The notes below the pieces were generated by a model that saw only the letters and a list, made by a program, of their open reading frames with translations, searched no databases and had not been told where the DNA came from. A DNA stretch of 64,000 nt. It comes from Chrysomallon squamiferum (taxonomy: Eukaryota > Animalia > Mollusca). The position numbers and the translations under genes were made by a program. Location: NCBI GenBank assembly GCA_012295275.1, contig CM022679.1:30008001-30072000 (forward strand). The letters run 5' to 3'. This document shows positions 56,371-64,000 of this stretch, piece after piece; position 1 is the stretch's first letter, and every line of letters begins with the position of its first letter.

Positions 56371-57702
56371 CTATATTAAAATTACTGGCATCTTTATTAC
56401 TTACATATTTAAGAAGATCGTTCTCGTAAAATTGATTACTGCTAAAAATGAAACACTTCTAATAATAACATTTCTATTCATTATCACTGATCTGTCATTA
56501 TTGGAAATAGAATCAGTCATTCTCCATGTACCCATTCACGTTTTTTTTTTTTTTTTTTTTCAAATTCCAGCTGTTAATTCAAACAGCTTAACAGAAAAAT
56601 ACGTTCCTACTTACGGAAGAGTACATTTAAAATATCTTTTGTTCGGTTTTGGAAAAGAAATCACTGTATTGGTTTCATTCGTCTTACACAACAAAAAAAA
56701 CACCATAAAAGCATTATACGTAATATTACTATTAAAATATCTGGACTAAACAAACCTTCGTTTATTTGGATAATCTGATTAGTCGCGAAGTCGAGCTGTC
56801 CTAACCTGTGTTACAGAAAGGAAATATTTCAGACAAGACGATAACAGGAATTAGCTATCCTTCCCTCACGTCTCTGTTCAACACCTCCATAACCATCTCT
56901 CACCCTTTCCTTGTCTTACACCGTGTTTGTTACACACCGGTGGCTAGATATTTGATTAACGACACCTTAACTCAAAGCCTGTTTCATATTAACGGTTACT
57001 GGGTGTTAAACGTATAGATTATTCTGTGTAATTATTACAGCCGAGAGTAGAAACCTGACGCAATAATAAAAAAAAAAAAACGCGAGTAAATAAAACCTAG
57101 TGATTTAGTACACGCGTCTATCTGTAGAAAGTGGCAATGTCTTTTATGAGAGAGCGATGGAGCACTGGCAGGAACGAGAAACAGATCATTGGTCGCGCCA
57201 AAGTAGAACTGAATTTATGAACCATCAAAAAATCGCGTAATCTTTCTATCTGAAGAACTGTCAGCAGTCTGATGTAAACCACAAATGTTTTTCGGTTTTT
57301 CCGTGCTGGTAAATCTGAGATTTGATTCTTCGCTTCTTGTTCTGTCGTTGATACAACTGCGGAGAATGATTAAATTTCGCGTTGCAAGTGAAACAGAACG
57401 TGTTCGTTAAGTTCACGACAAAGTAGACGTGCTTAAAACAACTCGAGTTTTTACGACTGATAAAAGAAAAAAAAAACTGTTGGTGGCGATAAAACAGAGT
57501 TTACGTTTATGTGAAACAAACCGCACAAGGAGAGAAAAACGAAGAAGAAGATATGCTGTTAAAAAACCAAAACTCTCGACGTCATTTAAAATAAACACCA
57601 AATCTTCAACAGACATGAAATATAAGAGCTCTGGAGACTTTTATATTTTAATTTTATTTTTATTTTATTTTCATTTCTTTTCCTAAATAAATTTAAAATT
57701 TT

Positions 57703-57740
<38 letters not shown>

Positions 57741-58608
57741 CAATTGTTTGATGATAAGTCTGTCGATGTTTTTCACTGTTTGGAAAATAAAGCCTAGTTT
57801 ACATTTTGAGTAACTAGATTTATAAACATTCCGCTCCATGGCTCATTCTGCAAATGGCAGATGCTACAATGAATCCTTTTATCTCCTAGCGTTGATTTCA
57901 GGATTTGGTGTGAATCTGATGCATCATCGTTTTTCACTTTATTATTATTATAATTATTTTATTTTTTAAATCATAGATATGTTGTTTTTATATATATATG
58001 TGTATGTGTACATGCACACGCACATGTTCATTTTATCAGCAGCATATTATAATATTTAATATAAATTACAAAACTGATTCCCATTGTTTCAAATCATGAT
58101 TCCACCCTTGGAACTGATGTTAACAACACACTGACATAGTTTTTCTTCTTCTTCTTCTTCTTAAATCACTGGGTACGATTCACTATTAAAGAACCCACAA
58201 ACGAAGGAGTGGACAGAGGGATAGTTATCGCAAAGAAAAAAATCAAAAATTCTGACGTAAATTTTCTCTAGATAAAATTTCACGAACGATCTCCAGATTG
58301 TACAAGAACACGTAGCGTCTTTGTTTCTGCAAATCCTAGCAATGACAAATAAAACAGTTTATTCTTTATCTGCATTACTCTGCTTCAAGTCAAGAATTTA
58401 TGAGTAAAACAGACCTGTTAATAAAAAAAAATACAAGTGTAAACTAAATAGAGGAGTTGTTTTCTTTATTTATTACATTCTGTACTTGGTTACCTGTTCA
58501 AACCTTCTTACCGCGGCGTGAATCATCCTCTGTTTAGAAACTGCTCAACGCGGATTATATATGTATTATATTTCTCAGTTTTTCTTTTGGCGTAACATAA
58601 TATTATAT

Positions 58609-58654
<46 letters not shown>

Positions 58655-58744
58655 TGAGTGTTTTTGTGTACACATACCATATATGTTTTACTTAAAACAC
58701 TGTGGTTTAGTCTATAAATGTATTTTAAAAAAGAAAATAGAGAG

Positions 58745-58839
<95 letters not shown>

Positions 58840-59152
58840 CTAATATCAAAATATTATGAACTAATATATTGTTTCGAGCTTTCTAGAATGTAAGGAATCG
58901 CACAATCGATCTTCTTCACTGAGTTCATTTATCAGTTGATAGATCTTTTCTTTATTACATATCTTGTTTGTGAAGTAAAGTTTAAGTGACACAAAGAGTA
59001 TCTGTAAGAACGAACGAATGGAAGAAAAAGATTAACGAGAAACAAATGGAGGGAAAATAAATAAATAAATAAATAAATAAAAAATAAATAAATAAAGCAT
59101 TTACGACACAAAAGGCCAAGGAAGCTTGGAAATTTATTTTTATTATTTGCGC

Positions 59153-59201
<49 letters not shown>

Positions 59202-59295
59202 TGAAATCACCTTCCTTATAAGAAGTGTTAACTAAGAGTAAAAAAATCTTGTTGTAACGACTTCGAACAAAAAAAACCCAACAAAACAACGAAAC

Positions 59296-60108
59296 CACAC
59301 ACATACACATTTAATGCATACTTAATGTTCAGCTACACACACATACACATTTAATGCATACTTAATATTCAGCTACACACACATACACATTTAATGCATA
59401 CTTAATGTTCAGCTACACACACATACGCTTTTAATGCATACTTAATATTCAGCTACACACACATACACATTTAATGCATACTTAATGTTCAGCTACACAC
59501 ACATACACATTTAATGCATACTTAATATTCAGCTACACACACATACACATTTAATGCATACTTAATATTCAGCTACACACACATACACATTTAATGCATA
59601 CTTAATATTCAGCTACACACACATACACATTTAATGCATACTTAATATTCAGCTACACACACATACACATTTAATGCATACTTAATATTCAGCTACACAC
59701 ACATACACATTTAATGCATACTTAATATTAATATTCAGCTACACACACATACACATTTAATGCATACTTAATATTCAGCTACACACACATACACATTTAA
59801 TGCATACTTAATATTAGCTACACACACATACACATTTAATGCATACTTAATATTCAGCTACACACACATACACATTTAATGCATACTTAATATTCAGCTA
59901 CACACACATACACATTTAATGCATACTTAATGTTCAGCTACACACACATACACATTTAATGCATACTTAATGTTCAGCTACACACACATACACATTTAAT
60001 GCATACTTAATGTTCAGCTACACACACATACACATTTAATGCATACTTAATATTCAGCTACACACACATACACATTTAATGCATACTTAATGTTCAGCTA
60101 CACACACG
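59296..60108. repeat. 40 bp minisatellite, about 20 near-identical units
   Basis: Unit acacacacatacacatttaatgcatacttaat(a/g)ttcagct. Confidence 0.95.
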
Positions 60109-60326
60109 AGAACAAAGAGCTAATAAATACATTCAGCGCATTTACGAACTTCAAAAGAAAACAAAATCATATTTTTATTCAACGCAATATATATTCTATA
60201 CAAATCATATGCAAATGCTGCTTTCCATAAGACTGCCTTTTCACGGGGGATTAGATCGATAAACAATCGCTCTGAGAAGAAACAATATCAGGACTGTTTG
60301 TCAGGCGGGCAGTATAGACACGTTGC

Positions 60327-60339
60327 ACGTCACTTCCGG
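60327..60339 (-). promoter_or_regulatory. ETS-CRE composite motif, candidate element of the Ibeta-type promoter region
   Basis: Minus strand CCGGAAGTGACGT in a CpG-rich patch ~3.1 kb upstream of the beta ATG; another ETS core ACCGGAAAT near 61358. Confidence 0.35.
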
Positions 60340-60659
60340 TCGACCGCGGTTTATTAAAGAAAGTCACTCGGGAAGGGACTGACAGGAAAAAAAATGTCTT
60401 TGTATATTGAAAACCGATTCGATAAGACAGAAAAACGTCAGTTCGATCTGATACTGTTAAATAACTCGAAGCGAGACTTGCCGCTGTGAATTGTTCCGTT
60501 GTTAGTATTCAAAACGCGTTGGTCAAAAACAGTTTGCAGTCATATTGTTATTTGTCATTTTTTTTTTAATAAATAATATCTAAGGCACTGTAATATACAT
60601 GCATACATTCACATACATACATACATGCATACATAGGAACGTATTTATAAACATAATAT

Positions 60660-60728
<69 letters not shown>

Positions 60729-63425
60729 CACACACACACATGGGATGATACATTCTTGGGATTATTTCGAGTGAAATACAAACGATCTGGGATGACCCTG
60801 TATAATTTGGAATAGCAGAGAACTGAATTGTGTTTGTGTGTGTGTGTTTGGGGTATACGTACGAACGTGTATGTATGTTTGTGTGTGTGTGTGTTCATAT
60901 ATATATACATGTATGTGAAGATGTCTATAGTATGTATGTATGTATGTATGTATGTATGTATGTATGATTATGATTACTACTGAATTTTTTTTAATTAAAA
61001 AGACAAGAAGCTGAGAATAATTAAAACAAAAAAAAATTTATAAATTAAAAAATATATATATAATAGCTTGAGGCAGATAATTTGAGGTTCTAGAAATAGT
61101 GCGTTTATCCGCCGTCTTGCAGCCGACTTCATTCTCACAGTGTTGTAGTCATTTCCCGCGAGGCATCTCCGCTTTATTAGGTAAATGAAAATATAAGAAT
61201 CCCATGGCCGTTTTTTTTTTTTTTTTTTCAATAACACTGAGGAGCTGTACAAACAACTCTCTCCCATCAAGGCTATCCGGCGGAAAATCGACCAGTAGTT
61301 AAAAGCCTATAAACAGTTTGTACAATAACCTCTTAGGCTTTCCTTTTCGTATAGCCGACCGGAAATATAATCCCGCACTTAATTAAAGGTGATAAGCGAT
61401 TGGTGAAAAAAAAAAAAAAAAAAAAAATCTTCACAGTCGTTGCATTCTCGCCGTACAGAGAATGACTGCGGAAACTCAGGTGGAAAGCTAGACTGTGTTA
61501 TTGGGTTCTGTAACACCGAGCAGCAGCAGCAGTCCAGAGATAGCTGAATGGTGTAAGTTCCAGTGAAACACGACAGGCAGAGTGCGGAGCAGACGATAGG
61601 TGCGCAGTGTTTTTCTTTTCATTGATGAATGACGCTGGTTGTAGAGAAGTGGGAGAAAAAAAAAAAAAACTGTACTGAAATTTGATGGATTTTGTAAATG
61701 TAATACACCCACGTATAAACTTTGATCTATTACGTTGAAACTGTTTTTAAAAAAAAAAGATAGAAAAAAAAAAAGAAGTGTACTGTACCGACTTTCCCAG
61801 TGTTTGTGGTTTCACATTTTTTCGGTAAACTTAGAAATACGACGCTGACCAATGAAGTTTCAGAGAACGATAATCTCTCTCTCTGTGTGTGTGTATTTGT
61901 GTGTGGTGGTGGCAGTGAACACTTTTGATGAATGAAACTTGCTGCAGTTGTTGAAGGGAAGCGTACGAAGCGGAACTTCATTTACTTATCACCTCCGCGA
62001 TAGGAGAATTATATCTGTGAAGTCTCGGTGAGTGTAATAACAAACACGCTAAGCGCTAACGTTACGTTTTTCACAGGGTTTCTACTTTTATTAAACACTT
62101 CTGTAAGCAGTCGAATGATGTCAGACGCTGTTACTGTTGTTGTTGTACGGAACATGAACTAAACTGAACTTTTAAAACGAGGCGTCTGTACTCACTCGGT
62201 TACATGTATGACTCAGCGTTCCGTGGATTATTTCATTTAGAAAGCTCGGACTGGATTCTAGTGGTGACGAGTCTGTAGTCAAACTTTGACGACTCGGCGC
62301 TGTTTGCTGTGATTTTAGGAAATCATTCGATGAGGATGCGTTTCCCACAAAAGCTGTGATTGTAGATTTGTTAAATGTAAGCAGGTGTTCAATTACTGTG
62401 GGATTATCAGTGGTTCATGTGGTAGAGTTTTGTGTGTTTATATTTGTGTAGACTTTTTTTAAAAAAGAAAAAGAAAAAAGGCTCTCTGTCGGTTATATTA
62501 TGATATAAACGCTGGCAGTTTTGTGGTTTCAATAACATTTTTATTGTTGTGATATTTCTGTTTTACGAGTTTCAGTAGTATTTAAAACATTCGACTCGTG
62601 TTGTTTGTTTGTTTTTTATTTTTTGGCTATTTTTCCTTTATAATTAATATTATTTTTTAATTAACTGAACAAGTTTTCTATCTCTGTTATTGGAATTACC
62701 TGAACATTTTAAAACTTTTTCTTACATTGGCGTTTATTTTTTAATAAGTGGAATCATTCTTAAGACTTTTGTAAATAAGAAGACACAAACAGAATGAATC
62801 ACAGATGAGGAATGATTAAATAAATTGCGTGGTATTCTGTAAAGTTTGAATTATGAAGTTTTACGACCAGTGAACTTCAAGCAGATAACTTTGGAATCGT
62901 GATATTATAGCGTTTGTGAAGTACTTCATGTAGACATTTTTAAAATTTTTGTATTATAATGTCTGTGAAATTCCGATCACTACAAAGTTTCACTGTGAAT
63001 AAACTTCAAGTTTAGTCATCTTACTTTACGAACATTCAAGCTTGGATTACGGAACAGTTCTAGAAAGCGTGCAGCTAGTTTGACATTTCTGTTTCACTTG
63101 GGACATCAAGACCTATCTCTTGTTTTGCTGCTCGGATTACAAAATCTGTTGGCGATCATCTCACTCTCTTCACTCGATTTATTTTTATTGTTATTGGATT
63201 ACAAGTGTGTTATAATTTTTAAAAATTATCCGTTGTTATTTATTTTACATTTATTTATATCTTCTAATAATCTGTGACAACGGATGAGGCGATTAACCTC
63301 TTATATACACAATCAACCTCTGATAATGATACTGCTAGATAAGGTTACGTGTGTAAACAATTAGAGGCTTGTGACATGGTCGGGGATAACAAACCAGTTC
63401 ATATACGACGCTCGCTGTTCTGGGC

Positions 63426-63736
63426 ATGATGGGAACGCTACGCGACCTTCAACTTGCTCTGCAGGAAAAGATCGAGGAGCTGAGGCAGAGGGACCAGCTG
63501 ATTGACGAGCTGGAGTCGGAACTGGACGAGAAGGACTCGCTCATCCAGAAACTGCAGCGGGAGCTGGACAAATACAGGTCGGTGCTGAAACCGGTTTCCA
63601 CTCAGGTGCGGATTAAGGAGGTGGTCAACCATGGCAAGGAGAGGACAAAGAGGACCGCCATATCGGCGGAGCCCGCCGGCGCGCGATTTTTGCAAGCCAT
63701 CCACCAGAAGTCCAAGAGGGTGGCGAAGTCTTTTAC
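63426..63736 (+). CDS. PRKG1: cGMP-dependent protein kinase I, Ibeta-type first coding exon
   Basis: (M)[52 protein letters not shown]...[11 protein letters not shown] closely matches the vertebrate PKG Ibeta leucine zipper and pseudosubstrate. GC-rich coding bias. Donor AC|gtaagt at 63736/63737, phase 2, the same phase as the alpha exon. Confidence 0.93.
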
Positions 63737-64000
63737 GTAAGTCTGCGTCTTCTTAAAGCACTCTTTTCAAGCCTGCTTTTTTGTTGTTGTTTTTTCTTTC
63801 ATGGGTTAAGTCATGCCGCGTGAGTTAATTTATTTGACCCTTTCTGGAAGATAACGCCAATATTGTCTGCTTTAAACTCTTTTTTTGTACACATGAAAGG
63901 TTAATTCCTGTATTGCAGGTTAATTCGTTTTTCTTTTTTTTTACCGTTTTGGTATTCCTGAATCACGTATATGTTTGTAATTTGTGAGGGTTAACTTATG

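Noticed and set aside
63438-63704. Antisense ORF over the beta exon (also 13745-14086 over the alpha exon)
   Set aside because: These are shadow frames of GC-rich coiled-coil coding sequence.

Overview
AT-rich, microsatellite-dense animal genomic DNA, probably molluscan or another lophotrochozoan (inferred from gene content and repeat style, not proven). It is not prokaryotic, and most ORFs in the supplied track are translated simple repeats. Coding content: (1) a 4-exon secreted PAN/apple + short EGF-like + C-type lectin gene (6866-9771, +; 268 aa when spliced). (2) Two alternative first coding exons of a cGMP-dependent protein kinase I gene, an Ialpha-type exon (13800-14065) and an Ibeta-type exon (63426-63736). 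Both end in phase-2 GT donors, and the rest of the kinase must lie beyond the window. (3) Between these exons, a cluster of three near-identical intronless iduronate-2-sulfatase-like (S1) genes: two tandem sense copies and one inverted copy. Copy 2 is intact; copies 1 and 3 carry single-base frameshifts. Copies 2 and 3 form a multi-kb inverted repeat, and the few protein differences between copies cluster near predicted active-site positions. The most notable arrangement is this sulfatase tandem/palindrome cassette, which lies in intron sequence traversed only by the alpha-type PKG transcript.
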